Source: Clostridiaceae bacterium
Lineage (GTDB): Bacteria > Bacillota > Clostridia > Saccharofermentanales > Fastidiosipilaceae
Reading direction: 5' to 3'
Assembly: GCA_012800655.1 (NCBI GenBank)
Contig: JAAZIX010000082.1
Span: 1-42,722 of the forward strand
Length of the DNA stretch: 42,722 bases
Shown: positions 17,494 through 27,848 of the stretch, one piece after another
How positions within the stretch are numbered: position 1 is the first letter of the stretch
How the letters are laid out: each line of letters opens with the position of its first letter
The notes under the pieces: generated by a model
The model's database searches: none
What the model was told of the DNA's origin: nothing
Seen by the model: the letters and a program-made list of their open reading frames with translations, nothing else
Made by a program: the position numbers and the translations under genes

Positions 17494-17537
17494 GTTACCG
17501 CTCGAAGCAAAGCGCTGAGCGAGTGGGGAGGAAAACA

Positions 17538-18146
17538 ATGCCGAAAGTTGATGTATATAATTTAGAGGGCAAGGTAGTCGGATCGATCGAATTGGCTGAC
17601 TCGGTATTCGCCGTCGAGCCGCATCATGACTTGGTTCATCGGGTAGTGAAGATGCAACTGGCCAACCGCCGTCAGGGTACGGCGAAGGTTAAGGGCGGCG
17701 GACGTAAACCTTGGCGCCAGAAGGGTACCGGACGGGCGCGTCAAGGTTCAACCCGTGCCGCGCAGTGGGTCGGCGGCGGAATTATCTTCGGACCGACACC
17801 ACGCGATTACAGCTACTCCATGCCGAAAAAAATGCGCCGTCGGGCGCTGTTGTCGGTACTGTCGAACAAACTCGCCACCGATAAGCTGATTATTGTCGAT
17901 AATATGACGCTCGAAGCTCCGAAGACGAAGCTTTTTGTCCAAGCAATGAAGAATATTAATGTGAACGGATCCGCTCTGTTGTTTGACAGTGAGCCGAATG
18001 AGCCGTTCCACCGCTCCGCGAACAATGTACCACAAGTAAAATTCACACCGATCAACACGATTAACGTCCTTGATCTTCTGAAATTTGAATATTGTGTGCT
18101 TTCGCGTGCGGCTGCCGAGCAACTTCAGGAGGTCTACACGAAATGA
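17538..18146 (+). CDS. rplD: 50S ribosomal protein L4
   Basis: MPKVDVYNLEGKVVGSIEL...GGGRKPWRQKGTGRARQGS; ATG at 17538 after GGGGAGGA. Confidence 0.96.
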   Translation: MPKVDVYNLEGKVVGSIELADSVFAVEPHHDLVHRVVKMQLANRRQGTAKVKGGGRKPWRQKGTGRARQGSTRAAQWVGGGIIFGPTPRDYSYSMPKKMRRRALLSVLSNKLATDKLIIVDNMTLEAPKTKLFVQAMKNINVNGSALLFDSEPNEPFHRSANNVPQVKFTPINTINVLDLLKFEYCVLSRAAAEQLQEVYTK

Positions 18147-18496
18147 AAGACTCACGTGAAATAATTATTCGCCCGATCATTACCGAGCGCTCCGGCAACG
18201 ACGCCGCAATCGGCTGCTATACTTTTGAGGTGGCTCTTAAGGCGACCAAGCCCGAAATTCGTCGCGCTGTTGAGGAACTCTTCGGAGTTAAGGTTCTCTC
18301 GGTAAATACCATGAACCTGCCTGGCAAGACCAGACGTCGTGGCGCTACGGTGGGTCGTACGGCTCGGCGCAAAAAGGCGCTGGTCACCATCGATCTGAAT
18401 CCCGTTGCCGAGACATACCATACTGCCGGTGGCAAGGAAGTTAGTACCGGACGTCGTTATAAGACCTCCATCGATGAGTTCGGCTTTGCCCAGTAG
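18143..18496 (+). CDS. rplW: 50S ribosomal protein L23 (C-terminal tail about 20 aa longer than the Bacillus protein)
   Basis: MKDSREIIIRPIITERS...YTFEVALKATKPEIRRAVEELFGVKV; ATGA overlap with the rplD stop. Confidence 0.95.
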   Translation: MKDSREIIIRPIITERSGNDAAIGCYTFEVALKATKPEIRRAVEELFGVKVLSVNTMNLPGKTRRRGATVGRTARRKKALVTIDLNPVAETYHTAGGKEVSTGRRYKTSIDEFGFAQ

Positions 18497-18527
18497 AGCG
18501 CAGTGAGGCGATTGAAGGAGAGAAGAA

Positions 18528-19361
18528 ATGCCTGTAAAAAGCTATAAACCGACTTCGCCGGCACGGCGACATATGACATCCTCGGATAATTCCGATCTGA
18601 CCAAGAAGAAACCCGAAAAGGCTCTGGTTCGCGGCAAGTCCCGCTCGGCAGGTCGCAATGTGTACGGACGGATTACGGTACGCAATCGCGGCGGCGGTGT
18701 CAAGCGTAAAATCAGGACTTTGGATTGGAAGCGCGTCAAGGACGGCATCCCGGCCAAAGTGGCGGCGATAGAGTACGACCCCGGCCGCACGGCACGCATC
18801 GCATTGTTGCATTATGCCGACGGATATAAGAGCTATATTATTGCTCCCGACGGAGTTAAGGTCGGCGACATCCTCTACAGCGGTACCGGTTCCGATATAG
18901 TTCCTGGCAACTGCCTGCCGCTGGCCGACATTCCGGTCGGTACGGAAGTCCACAACATTGAACTCGCACCGGGTGCCGGTGCACAGATGGTGCGCTCGGC
19001 CGGCGGAGCCGCCCAGGTAATGGCTAAAGAAGGTGCCTTTGCACTGATACGCCTGCCTTCGGGAGAGGTGCGCATGGTGCATTTGACCTGCCGCGCCACG
19101 ATAGGCACGGTCGGCAATGCCGAACATGAGAACATTGATTACGGTAAGGCCGGTCGCCGCCGTCATATGGGGCGTCGTCCTCATGTCCGCGGTGTCGTCA
19201 TGAATCCGATCGACCATCCGCACGGCGGTGGTGAGGGCAAGAGCCCGGTCGGTCGTCCGTCGCCGGTTACCCCCTGGGGTGTTCCGACGCGCGGTAAGAA
19301 AACCCGTAAACGCAATAAGCACTCTAATAAGTATATTGTTAGGCGCCGAGCGAAGAAATAA
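18528..19361 (+). CDS. rplB: 50S ribosomal protein L2
   Basis: [17 protein letters not shown]...[15 protein letters not shown], a canonical L2. Confidence 0.98.
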   Translation: MPVKSYKPTSPARRHMTSSDNSDLTKKKPEKALVRGKSRSAGRNVYGRITVRNRGGGVKRKIRTLDWKRVKDGIPAKVAAIEYDPGRTARIALLHYADGYKSYIIAPDGVKVGDILYSGTGSDIVPGNCLPLADIPVGTEVHNIELAPGAGAQMVRSAGGAAQVMAKEGAFALIRLPSGEVRMVHLTCRATIGTVGNAEHENIDYGKAGRRRHMGRRPHVRGVVMNPIDHPHGGGEGKSPVGRPSPVTPWGVPTRGKKTRKRNKHSNKYIVRRRAKK

Positions 19362-19372
19362 GGGAGGCTCTG

Positions 19373-19654
19373 ATGAGTAGATCTAGAAAAAAAGGGTATT
19401 TTGTTCAACCTCGGTTGCTGAAGCGCATTCAGGACCTGAATAGCCGTAACGAGAAGCGAGTCCTGAAGACCTGGTCGCGTGCCTCGACAATATTCCCGGA
19501 GATGGTCGGCCACACCATCGCGGTGCACGACGGAAGAAAGCATGTGCCGATATTTATTACCGAGGACATGGTTGGTCATAAGTTGGGTGAATTTGCTCCG
19601 ACACGAACCTTCCGCGGTCATGCCGGGTCGGGACGCGCCGCCGCAAAGCGTTAG
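19373..19654 (+). CDS. rpsS: 30S ribosomal protein S19
   Basis: [11 protein letters not shown]...[37 protein letters not shown]. Confidence 0.98.
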   Translation: MSRSRKKGYFVQPRLLKRIQDLNSRNEKRVLKTWSRASTIFPEMVGHTIAVHDGRKHVPIFITEDMVGHKLGEFAPTRTFRGHAGSGRAAAKR

Positions 19655-19676
19655 TCCGGATTAAGGAGCTTGAGAC

Positions 19677-20174
19677 ATGAACGAGAGACTGAGAAAACAA
19701 AAAACTTATACCGGCGCCGATCTGGTGGAGTATCGCGATGAGATCATCGCCGAGCATACCCGCAAGACTACAAAGTCGAATCGCCCCAGAACCCTGACCA
19801 AAAAAGAGCGCAATATGCTCGGTATTGGTAAGGACGAGGGAAGAGCGCGGGTTTCCCACGTAAGGATATCCCCGCTGAAGGCTCGAGTGGTGGCTAAGTT
19901 GGTGCGTGGCAAGAGCGTGACGGAAGCCAAGGCGATTCTCACATATACCAACAAGGCCGCTGCGCCGATTCTTATTAAGCTGATCAATTCGGCGGTCGCT
20001 AATGCGGTAAACAACAACAATCTCGACGAGGGTTCGCTGTATATTCATCAGCTCCTTGTTGATGAGGGCATAACAGCGAAACGCTGGCGTCCCAGAGCCA
20101 GAGGCTCGGCGGGTCGCATATTCAAGAGAAGCAGCCACATTACCGTTGTGGTCAAAGAGCAGCCGGAGGCATAG
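19677..20174 (+). CDS. rplV: 50S ribosomal protein L22 with a basic N-terminal extension of about 55 aa
   Basis: The core [32 protein letters not shown]...[24 protein letters not shown] is L22. The ATG at 19677 has the SD AAGGAG 8 nt upstream, which supports the long form (165 aa). Confidence 0.93.
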   Translation: MNERLRKQKTYTGADLVEYRDEIIAEHTRKTTKSNRPRTLTKKERNMLGIGKDEGRARVSHVRISPLKARVVAKLVRGKSVTEAKAILTYTNKAAAPILIKLINSAVANAVNNNNLDEGSLYIHQLLVDEGITAKRWRPRARGSAGRIFKRSSHITVVVKEQPEA

Positions 20175-20182
20175 GAGATAAA

Positions 20183-20875
20183 ATGGGACAGAAGGTTAAT
20201 CCTCACGGTTTAAGAGTAGGTGTTATCAAGGATTGGGATTCCAAGTGGTATGCCGACAGCAAGAGCTTCGCGCGTTATCTGGTTGAAGACAGAGAGTTGC
20301 GTGAGTTCATCATGCAGGTCCTGCCGACGGCCGGAATCTCCCGCATACTCGTTGAGCGTAAAGGAGACGACAAGACCGTTATCACGATCTATGCGGCAAA
20401 GCCGGGTATCGTTATTGGCCAGAAAGGTGCCGGTATCACCGACCTGAAAGCAAAGCTACTGAAACGTTTCGGTCGCAATATGTTTATCAACGTCAATGAG
20501 ATTCGCAATCCGGATGCCGATGCTCAGTTGGTGGCGGAAAATATCGCCGAGCAGCTGGAACGACGGATCAGCTATCGTCGTGCCATGAAGCAGAGCATGT
20601 CGCGAGCCCTGAGAGCCGGAGCCAAGGGAATCAAAACCGAGGTCAGCGGACGTCTGGGCGGAGCGGAAATCGCTCGGCGCGAACACTATCACGAGGGAAC
20701 GATCCCGTTGCAGACCCTGCGTGCCGATATCGACTACGGCTTTGCCGAGGCGAATACGCAGTATGGGCGCATCGGAGTCAAAGTATGGATATATAAGGGA
20801 GAGGTTTACCAGACCGCGCGTCAGAGTGATGCTCCGTCCGGTTCCTCCGGCCCCGTTGAAGGAGGGCAGTCATAA
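20183..20875 (+). CDS. rpsC: 30S ribosomal protein S3
   Basis: [24 protein letters not shown]...; KH and S3-C domains. Confidence 0.98.
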   Translation: MGQKVNPHGLRVGVIKDWDSKWYADSKSFARYLVEDRELREFIMQVLPTAGISRILVERKGDDKTVITIYAAKPGIVIGQKGAGITDLKAKLLKRFGRNMFINVNEIRNPDADAQLVAENIAEQLERRISYRRAMKQSMSRALRAGAKGIKTEVSGRLGGAEIARREHYHEGTIPLQTLRADIDYGFAEANTQYGRIGVKVWIYKGEVYQTARQSDAPSGSSGPVEGGQS

Positions 20876-21306
20876 TGTTAATGCCCAAGAGAGTAAGGTA
20901 TAGAAAGGTTCATCGCGGACGCATGAAAGGCAAAGCGACGCGCGGCAACAAGATCAATTACGGAGAGTACGGTCTGATTGCCATGGAACCCTGCTGGATA
21001 AAGAGCAACCAGATCGAGGCTGCCCGTGTCGCAATTAACCGTAACCTGCGGCGCGGCGGAAAAGTCTGGATCAAGATCTTTCCGCATAAGTCCGTGACCA
21101 AAAAGCCCGCCGAGACCCGCATGGGTTCCGGTAAGGGTTCCCCCGAGTTCTGGGTAGCGGTGGTCAAACCCGGCCGAGTTCTATTTGAGGTGGCCGGAGT
21201 CAGCGAAAGACAGGCTCGCGAGGCTTTGCGCCTGGCTAGCCACAAGTTGCCCTGCCGAACCCGGATGGCCAAGAAAGGCGAGGAGGTGCTGGATAATGAA
21301 GGCTGA
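20875..21306 (+). CDS. rplP: 50S ribosomal protein L16
   Basis: [25 protein letters not shown]...; TAATG overlap with rpsC. Confidence 0.98.
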   Translation: MLMPKRVRYRKVHRGRMKGKATRGNKINYGEYGLIAMEPCWIKSNQIEAARVAINRNLRRGGKVWIKIFPHKSVTKKPAETRMGSGKGSPEFWVAVVKPGRVLFEVAGVSERQAREALRLASHKLPCRTRMAKKGEEVLDNEG

Positions 21307-21505
21307 TGAGTTGCGTGAAAAAACCGATGCCGAATTGAGTGCCGAACTGGCCGCACTGCGCGATGAGTTGTTTAAGCTGCGTTTCCGTCATGCGACGCAC
21401 CAGCTGGATAATCCGATGCTTTTGCGCAAAGTTCGCCGGGACATTGCCAGGGTGATGACGATTCAGCGCGGCCGTGAACTAGCCGCCGCTGCCGGTAAGA
21501 ATTAG
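21296..21505 (+). CDS. rpmC: 50S ribosomal protein L29
   Basis: [40 protein letters not shown]. The ATG at 21296 overlaps the rplP end by 11 nt; the ORF track start at 21185 is spurious. Confidence 0.95.
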   Translation: MKADELREKTDAELSAELAALRDELFKLRFRHATHQLDNPMLLRKVRRDIARVMTIQRGRELAAAAGKN

Positions 21506-21519
21506 AGGAGATAGCGATT

Positions 21520-21828
21520 ATGACTGAGAAGGCTAAATTAAATGCGCCGGTGGATTCGACCGCTAACCAACCGATTCAAAGAGCGCTACGCAAGACTCGT
21601 GTCGGCATTGTGGTCTCCGACAAAATGGACAAGACGATTGTCGTCGAGATCACCGAGCCGGTGAGACACAAACTGTACAACAAGTACGTGCGCCAGACCC
21701 GCCGTCTGATGGTTCATGACGAGAACAACGAGTGCGGCGTCGGCGACACGGTTCGTGTGATGGAAACTCGCCCGCTGAGCAAAAATAAATTTTGGCGTCT
21801 TCTTCGTGTGATTGAAAAGGCCAAGTAG
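21520..21828 (+). CDS. rpsQ: 30S ribosomal protein S17 (N-terminal extension of about 17 aa)
   Basis: Core [21 protein letters not shown]...[18 protein letters not shown]; SD GAGGAG upstream of the ATG at 21520. Confidence 0.95.
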   Translation: MTEKAKLNAPVDSTANQPIQRALRKTRVGIVVSDKMDKTIVVEITEPVRHKLYNKYVRQTRRLMVHDENNECGVGDTVRVMETRPLSKNKFWRLLRVIEKAK

Positions 21829-21857
21829 TTTGCGGCGAATTTTTAGGAGATAGGCAT

Positions 21858-22226
21858 ATGATTATGGTAGAAACTCGCTTGCGTACCGCCGACAATACCG
21901 GCGCCCGCATGTTGCAATGTATTAAAGTTCCCGGCGGAAGCGGACGTCGTGCCGCTTTCATCGGTGATGTAATTGTCTGTTCGGTCAAGGACGCCATCCC
22001 CGGCGGCCTGGTGAAGAAGGGCGACATCGTCCATGCCGTGGTCGTGCGGACCAAAAAGGCGACCCGCCGTGCGGACGGAACTTGGATTCGCTTCGATGAG
22101 AATGCGGCGGTGATAATAAATGAGGATAAGAATCCTCTCGGCACCCGCATCTTCGGACCAGTGGCGCGTGAACTGCGCGAGAAGGAATACATGAAGATTC
22201 TTTCGCTGGCACCCGAGGTACTGTAA
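21858..22226 (+). CDS. rplN: 50S ribosomal protein L14
   Basis: [24 protein letters not shown]... Confidence 0.98.
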   Translation: MIMVETRLRTADNTGARMLQCIKVPGGSGRRAAFIGDVIVCSVKDAIPGGLVKKGDIVHAVVVRTKKATRRADGTWIRFDENAAVIINEDKNPLGTRIFGPVARELREKEYMKILSLAPEVL

Positions 22227-22237
22227 AGGAGGCGGCA

Positions 22238-22582
22238 ATGGCTAAAGTGCATGTAAAAAAAGGTGATACCGTTTACGTTCTCTGCGGCAAAGACCGCGCT
22301 GCAACCGGCAAGGTTCTGCGCGTTCTCCCGGTGACCGGCCGGGTAGTCGTCGAAGGCGTGAACATGGTCAGTAAGAAGCATAAGCCGCGCAGTCAGCAGG
22401 AGCGCGGCGGTATCCGCGAGCACGCGGCACCGATCGATGCTTCGAACGTAATGGTAATCTGCCCCAAATGCAATCGCCCCACCAAGGTGAGCTATGAGAA
22501 GAATGAGGCCGGAAAAGCCGTTCGTGTCTGCAAAAAGTGTGCCGCCGTTTTTGAAAACGACGGTGCCAAGCCCAGATATTGA
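22238..22582 (+). CDS. rplX: 50S ribosomal protein L24 (KOW) carrying a CxxC...CxxC motif
   Basis: MAKVHVKKGDTVYVLCGKDRAATGKVLRV...VVEGVNMVSKKHKP; the C-terminal half contains ICPKCNRPTKV...VRVCKKCAAVF. Confidence 0.96.
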   Translation: MAKVHVKKGDTVYVLCGKDRAATGKVLRVLPVTGRVVVEGVNMVSKKHKPRSQQERGGIREHAAPIDASNVMVICPKCNRPTKVSYEKNEAGKAVRVCKKCAAVFENDGAKPRY

Positions 22583-22605
22583 TGAGTTTGGATAAGAGGT
22601 AGGAT

Positions 22606-23169
22606 ATGGCCAGATTAAAGGACAAGTACAGAGAGGAAGTCGCACCGGCTCTTTTGAAGCAGTTCAATTATAACTCCGTAATGCAGATACCTCGCCTGGA
22701 GAAAATCGTTTTGAACATGGGTGTGGCGGACTCAAGAGAAAATGCCCGGGCAATTGAGAATTCCTGCGATGTTCTTGCAACTATCAGCGGACAAAAGCCG
22801 ATTGTCACCAAAGCGCGCAAATCCGTCGCGAACTTTAAAGTCCGCGAAGGAATGAATGTCGGTTGCAAGGTGACGTTGCGAGGCGATCGGATGTATGAAT
22901 TCCTCGACCGCTTCATCTCGTTGGCAATTCCGCGCATTCGTGACTTCCGCGGCTTAAACCCCGACTCTTTCGACGGTCGCGGTAATTATGCCACCGGCAC
23001 CAAGGAACAGTTGATATTCCCGGAAATCGTTTACGATAAAATCGACCGGATCCGGGGAATGGATATTATTATTGTCACCACCGCTGAAACGGATGAAGAG
23101 GGACGCGAGCTGTTGAGACTGCTCGGCATGCCCTTCGCCGGCAGCAGCCAGAATTTAGGAGAAGATTAA
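22606..23169 (+). CDS. rplE: 50S ribosomal protein L5
   Basis: [40 protein letters not shown]... Confidence 0.98.
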   Translation: MARLKDKYREEVAPALLKQFNYNSVMQIPRLEKIVLNMGVADSRENARAIENSCDVLATISGQKPIVTKARKSVANFKVREGMNVGCKVTLRGDRMYEFLDRFISLAIPRIRDFRGLNPDSFDGRGNYATGTKEQLIFPEIVYDKIDRIRGMDIIIVTTAETDEEGRELLRLLGMPFAGSSQNLGED

Positions 23170-23354
23170 TGGCAAAGAAATCGCAAATTATAAGAGCGAA
23201 ACGGGAACCGAAGTACAGCACCCGCCAGAAAAACCGCTGCAGTCTCTGCGGCCGTCCGCGATCCTACATTCGCAAGTACGGCATCTGTCGGATCTGCTTC
23301 CGGGAACTGGCCTATAAGGGTCAGATCCCCGGCGTACGTAAGGCCAGCTGGTAG
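23169..23354 (+). CDS. rpsN: 30S ribosomal protein S14, type Z (zinc-binding, 61 aa)
   Basis: [61 protein letters not shown], with CxxC...CxxC; TAATG overlap with rplE. Confidence 0.97.
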   Translation: MAKKSQIIRAKREPKYSTRQKNRCSLCGRPRSYIRKYGICRICFRELAYKGQIPGVRKASW

Positions 23355-23411
23355 ATTACTTGAGCCGTTAGACCGACTTTGAATTCGGCGCAGAAACCGG
23401 GAGGATGAAAA

Positions 23412-23807
23412 ATGCAAATTACTGACGCAATTGCCGACATGTTGACACGTATTCGTAACGCCTCGGCAAAACGTAAACCAAGTGTAGATATTCCCGCATC
23501 GGGAATGAAGATGTCCATCGCCAATATCCTTTTGGCCGAGGGTTATGTCGGGCGTGTGGAAAAAATCGAAGATGATAAGCAAGGAGTGATCCGCATTACG
23601 TTGCGTTATCAGGGGAACAAACCGGTCATTACCGGTCTCAAGCGTATCTCCAAGCCGGGCCTGCGAGTTTACGCCGGCTCCAAGGACCTGCCGGAAGTGC
23701 TGGGCGGTTTGGGAATAGCCCTGATGTCGACTTCACTCGGTGTTATGACCGGACGTGAGGCGAAACAGCGCAATGTCGGCGGTGAAGTTCTGGCTTTTGT
23801 TTGGTAA
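23412..23807 (+). CDS. rpsH: 30S ribosomal protein S8
   Basis: [30 protein letters not shown]...; SD GGGAGGA. Confidence 0.98.
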   Translation: MQITDAIADMLTRIRNASAKRKPSVDIPASGMKMSIANILLAEGYVGRVEKIEDDKQGVIRITLRYQGNKPVITGLKRISKPGLRVYAGSKDLPEVLGGLGIALMSTSLGVMTGREAKQRNVGGEVLAFVW

Positions 23808-23862
23808 GAATAACCGGGGCATGAGCTGCATAAGCGGGTCAGACCCATTTAGGAGGACATAA

Positions 23863-24405
23863 ATGTCACGTATAGGAAAACAGCCTATTAACATCCCGGC
23901 AGGGGTAGATGTAAAGATTGAGGGCAACGAAGTCGTCGTATCCAAAGGCGGTACGACCTTGAATTATACTTTCAGCCCAAGAATGGAAGTCGTTCGGGAG
24001 GAGAATCATATTTTAGTCAAGCGCGGTTCCGACTCGCGCGAGGATCGCTCCCTACACGGCTTGACCCGCTCTCTGATCAGCAATATGGTCGTGGGTGTCT
24101 CCGAGGGCTTTGCCAAGAACCTTGAGATTCAGGGTGTCGGCTATCGCGTTCGTCTTGAGGACGGCACGTTGGTGCTGAACCTGGGATACTCTAATCCGGT
24201 CGAGTTTCCTCAGCCGGAGGGGATAACCTTTGAAGTCCCTTCGGCGACCCGGATTATCGTCAAGGGTGCCGATCGTCAGCTGGTCGGCGAGACGGCTGCG
24301 AAGATTCGCTCCATTCGTCCGCCCGATTCCTATCACGGCAAGGGCATTCGTTATCAGGGCGAGTATGTTCGGATCAAAGAAGGCAAGACCGGTGCCAGGC
24401 TGTAA
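23863..24405 (+). CDS. rplF: 50S ribosomal protein L6
   Basis: MSRIGKQPINIPAGVDVKIEGNEVVVSKG... Confidence 0.98.
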   Translation: MSRIGKQPINIPAGVDVKIEGNEVVVSKGGTTLNYTFSPRMEVVREENHILVKRGSDSREDRSLHGLTRSLISNMVVGVSEGFAKNLEIQGVGYRVRLEDGTLVLNLGYSNPVEFPQPEGITFEVPSATRIIVKGADRQLVGETAAKIRSIRPPDSYHGKGIRYQGEYVRIKEGKTGARL

Positions 24406-24455
24406 GTCGGCTCGATCAGTCCGCCGGTGGTTTGAGAGGATAGAGGTAACACATA

Positions 24456-24824
24456 ATGATTATTAAGAAATCACGCAATAGCCAGCGCCGTCGCCGTCAT
24501 TCCAGAGCAAGAAGCTATTTTGCCGGCACTGCCGAGCGCCCGAGACTCTGCGTCTATCGTGCTAACAAACATATGTACGCGCAGATTATCGATGACAACA
24601 GCCATACCACTCTGGTGTCAGCTTCGACATTGGAGGCGGATATCAGGGCCGGGCTGGAAGGAACGGCCGATGTCGCCGCGGCGAAGGCCGTCGGTGAGGT
24701 GTTGGGGCGTCGTGCCCTAGATAAGGGTATAACCGAGGTCGTTTTCGATCGTAGCGGGTATATCTACCACGGACGTGTAGCGGCTCTGGCCGAAGGTGCA
24801 CGTGAAGCCGGACTTAAGTTCTGA
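24456..24824 (+). CDS. rplR: 50S ribosomal protein L18
   Basis: [37 protein letters not shown]...[22 protein letters not shown]. Confidence 0.97.
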   Translation: MIIKKSRNSQRRRRHSRARSYFAGTAERPRLCVYRANKHMYAQIIDDNSHTTLVSASTLEADIRAGLEGTADVAAAKAVGEVLGRRALDKGITEVVFDRSGYIYHGRVAALAEGAREAGLKF

Positions 24825-24837
24825 TCAGGAGGCAGGA

Positions 24838-25332
24838 ATGTTCTACAGCGATAGAAAAAGTGATGAACTGGAAGAGAAAGTCATACACATTGGCCGCGTA
24901 GCAAAGACCGTTAAAGGCGGACGCAATTACAGCTTTGTGGCTCTGGTTATTGTCGGAGACCGCAAAGGTCGTGTTGGCAAGGGCCTGGGCAAGGCCGGCG
25001 AGATTCCCGATGCGATTCGCAAGGGAGTCGAACGGGCGAAGCGCAATATGATTGAGGTGGCTCTCGAGGGTACAACCATCCCGCACGATATTATCGGCCG
25101 CTTCGGCGCCGCCCAAGTTCTCCTGAGGAAGGCACCGGAAGGGACCGGTGTTATCTCCGGCGGTTCGGCTCGCGCAGTCCTGGAGTTGGCCGGTATTCAG
25201 GATATTCGTGCCAAATCTCTGGGTTCGAATAATCCGAATAATGTTGTCAACGCAGTTCTCGATGGTTTAAGTGCTCTGCGCACGCCGGCTCAGGTTGCCC
25301 GCTTACGCAACCGCAAGCCTGAAGACCTTTGA
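24838..25332 (+). CDS. rpsE: 30S ribosomal protein S5
   Basis: ATG at 24838 after CAGGAGG; [51 protein letters not shown]. Confidence 0.97.
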   Translation: MFYSDRKSDELEEKVIHIGRVAKTVKGGRNYSFVALVIVGDRKGRVGKGLGKAGEIPDAIRKGVERAKRNMIEVALEGTTIPHDIIGRFGAAQVLLRKAPEGTGVISGGSARAVLELAGIQDIRAKSLGSNNPNNVVNAVLDGLSALRTPAQVARLRNRKPEDL

Positions 25333-25358
25333 GAAGATCTCTACTTTGGAGAAGAATT

Positions 25359-25808
25359 ATGAAATTGAATGAATTGATTAAAACCGACGGAGCTGTTACT
25401 ACCTCGAAACGTAAGGGGAGAGGTATCGGTTCCGGTCTGGGCAAGACATCCGGTCGCGGTCATAAGGGGCAGCGCGCCCGCTCGGGCGGTTTGTCTCGTC
25501 CCGGCTTCGAAGGCGGACAGATGCCCCTGTATCGGCGTATTCCGAAACGCGGTTTCAACAACAAGCGCTTTGCGACCGTGTATATCGAAGTGCCGCTTTC
25601 CCGACTGAATCGCTTTGACGATAACAGTGTTGTCGGTCCCGATGACTTCGTGGCGGCCGGAATAATTTCACCCGATCGTCGTGCCGCAGGGGTCAAAATA
25701 CTGGGAACCGGTGAATTGGAGCGTTCATTGACGGTGCGCGCTCAGCGTTTTACCGCCGGAGCCAAAGCAAAAATCGAAGCTGCCGGTGGCAAGGCAGAGG
25801 AGATTTAA
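25359..25808 (+). CDS. rplO: 50S ribosomal protein L15
   Basis: MKLNELIKTDGAVTTSKRKGRGIGSGLGKTSGRGHKGQRARSG; ATG at 25359 after GGAGAAG. It lies only 26 nt after rpsE, so no rpmD sits between them. Confidence 0.97.
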   Translation: MKLNELIKTDGAVTTSKRKGRGIGSGLGKTSGRGHKGQRARSGGLSRPGFEGGQMPLYRRIPKRGFNNKRFATVYIEVPLSRLNRFDDNSVVGPDDFVAAGIISPDRRAAGVKILGTGELERSLTVRAQRFTAGAKAKIEAAGGKAEEI

Positions 25809-25811
25809 TTT

Positions 25812-27110
25812 ATGAAACAGGCTTTCAGGAACCTTATCCGCGCCTTCAAAATACCCGATATACGCCGGCGCCTGCTGTTCACCGTAGGGATGATCGCACT
25901 CTTCCGGGTGGGCGGCATCATACCGGTTCCGGGTATTGACCGGGTGGCATTTACCGACCTGGTCAATCGCTTTGGGCAGATCGGTGCGATGATGGATATT
26001 ATCTCGGGCGGTGCCCTCAAAGCCGCGAGCATATTTGCGATGGGAATTTCCCCGTATATCACCTCATCGATTATCATGCAGCTGTTAACCGTGGCAATCC
26101 CCGCACTCCAGCGTCTTTCCAAAGAAGGCGAATCCGGACGGAAGAAGATGCAACAAATTACCCGGTATGTAACGGTCGGTATGGCGCTTATTCAAGCCTT
26201 TTCTTTCTGGTTTGCGGCCCGCTCTGCTGTTACCGTCGCTCTCCCGCCGGCACTCAGTGCGATTTTGATTATTCTCTCGTTCACGGCGGGGACAATGATT
26301 ACCCTGTGGATTGCCGAACAGATAGATGCGCACGGCATCGGTAACGGAGTTTCGATGCTGATTTTTATCGGTATCCTGGCACGCGTTCCCTCGATGGTCG
26401 AGGCCTTATTCGTATATATGCGGATCTGGACGGTAACCAGCGGTGTTCTGCTGGCTATTCTCTACTTCGTTTTGGTGGTAGGCATATTTTTCTTCGCCTT
26501 CGTCTTTGTTAACTTTGTCGCCGTTGCCGAGCGCCGCATTCCGGTGCACTATGCGCGGCGTGTGGTCGGCCGCAAACAATACGGCGGTCAGAACACCTAT
26601 CTGCCGATCAAGGTCGATCAGGCGAGTGTTTTACCGGTTATTTTTGCTACCAGCATCATGTCGGTGCCGAATCTAATTATTTCCTTTTTCTTCGCCGATC
26701 GAACCGGCTGGCTGATTGACTGGTTCCGTAATCCCGGAAACAGCCCGATCTACTATCTTATTCAGTTCCTCTTAATCCTCGGATTTACCTTCTTCTACCT
26801 CTCGATCCAGTTCAATCCGGTGGAGATTGCCAATAATCTGCAGGGGAACGGCGGTTATATACCGGGAATTCGTCCCGGACGTCCGACGGTAAATTATATT
26901 AAGGGTGTTTCGCGTCGCCTTACCTGGGTGAACGGCTTGTTCCTGGCTGTTATTACCCTGACCCCTATGCTGATTGGTTCGTTAACCGGAACTTCGGCAA
27001 TTTGGTTCGGAGGTACGGCCGTTCTGATTATCTCCGGTGTCGCGCGCGATATCATTACCAAGCTTGAGGCCCAACTCTCCATGCGCAGCTATAAGGGCTT
27101 CCTCGACTAA
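25812..27110 (+). CDS. secY: Preprotein translocase subunit SecY
   Basis: 432 aa, 10 TM, with IPDIRRRLLFTVGMIALFRVGGIIPVPGID and GISPYITSSIIMQLL motifs; canonical position after rplO. Confidence 0.98.
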   Translation: MKQAFRNLIRAFKIPDIRRRLLFTVGMIALFRVGGIIPVPGIDRVAFTDLVNRFGQIGAMMDIISGGALKAASIFAMGISPYITSSIIMQLLTVAIPALQRLSKEGESGRKKMQQITRYVTVGMALIQAFSFWFAARSAVTVALPPALSAILIILSFTAGTMITLWIAEQIDAHGIGNGVSMLIFIGILARVPSMVEALFVYMRIWTVTSGVLLAILYFVLVVGIFFFAFVFVNFVAVAERRIPVHYARRVVGRKQYGGQNTYLPIKVDQASVLPVIFATSIMSVPNLIISFFFADRTGWLIDWFRNPGNSPIYYLIQFLLILGFTFFYLSIQFNPVEIANNLQGNGGYIPGIRPGRPTVNYIKGVSRRLTWVNGLFLAVITLTPMLIGSLTGTSAIWFGGTAVLIISGVARDIITKLEAQLSMRSYKGFLD

Positions 27111-27170
27111 TTACAGTTACTTCCCGACAGATCGTGATGACGCAGAGTAGAAAGTGAGCAGGAAAGGACA

Positions 27171-27848
27171 ATGGATCTCTTAATTATAGGAGCACCCGGG
27201 GCGGGAAAGGGAACGATATCCGAACTGATTGCGCAGGTCTTTCCCGATATTCAGCATTTGTCGACCGGAGATCTGTTGCGCCGTGAAATTGCAGCAGATA
27301 CGGAACTCGGTCGCCAGGCCGATCACTTGATGAGTACCGGCAATCTCGTTCCCGATGAGATGGTTCTCTCTCTGGTGCGTAACTACTTATCGGAATTACC
27401 GCCCCATACTTCGGTTCTCTATGATGGTTATCCGCGCACTTTGTCTCAGGCCGGGACCCTGGATGAGGTTCTGAGTGCGGTCGGGCGTAGTGTTACGGCC
27501 GTATTGAATGTGGTTGTGCCGGAGGAAGTTATCTTGTCTCGTCTCACCGGGCGGCGCTCCTGTCCGAAATGCGGAGCCAACTTTCATCTGACAGCCATGC
27601 CTCCGCGTGTGGAAGGTGTTTGTGATACCTGCGGCTCCGAGCTTATTCAACGCAATGATGATCAACCGGAACTTATCCGTCGCCGGCTTGAGGTTTATCG
27701 CGAGCGTACCCAACCGTTGATTGATTTTTATGAGGAGCGTGCTTTGCTGTACGATATAAGAAATGACGGCCGCCCTCGTGAAATGCCTGCAGAATTGGCC
27801 GAGTTGCTGGCCGAATTGGCAGAGAAGAGACGTAATGATTGTAATTAA
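27171..27848 (+). CDS. adk: Adenylate kinase (zinc-lid type)
   Basis: P-loop GAPGAGKGT and lid CPKCGANFH...CDTCGSEL. Confidence 0.97.
   Translation: MDLLIIGAPGAGKGTISELIAQVFPDIQHLSTGDLLRREIAADTELGRQADHLMSTGNLVPDEMVLSLVRNYLSELPPHTSVLYDGYPRTLSQAGTLDEVLSAVGRSVTAVLNVVVPEEVILSRLTGRRSCPKCGANFHLTAMPPRVEGVCDTCGSELIQRNDDQPELIRRRLEVYRERTQPLIDFYEERALLYDIRNDGRPREMPAELAELLAELAEKRRNDCN

Noticed and set aside
16822-17538. 238-aa ORF on the minus strand
   Set aside because: It is antisense to rplC, a shadow ORF.
18441-19322. 293-aa ORF on the minus strand
   Set aside because: It is antisense to rplB, a shadow ORF with no recognisable motifs.
21650-22645. 331-aa ORF on the minus strand
   Set aside because: It is entirely antisense to rpsQ-rplN-rplX, which are unambiguous. 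The sequence is Arg/Ser/Ala-rich and low in complexity, with no SD. This is a typical shadow ORF of GC-rich coding DNA.
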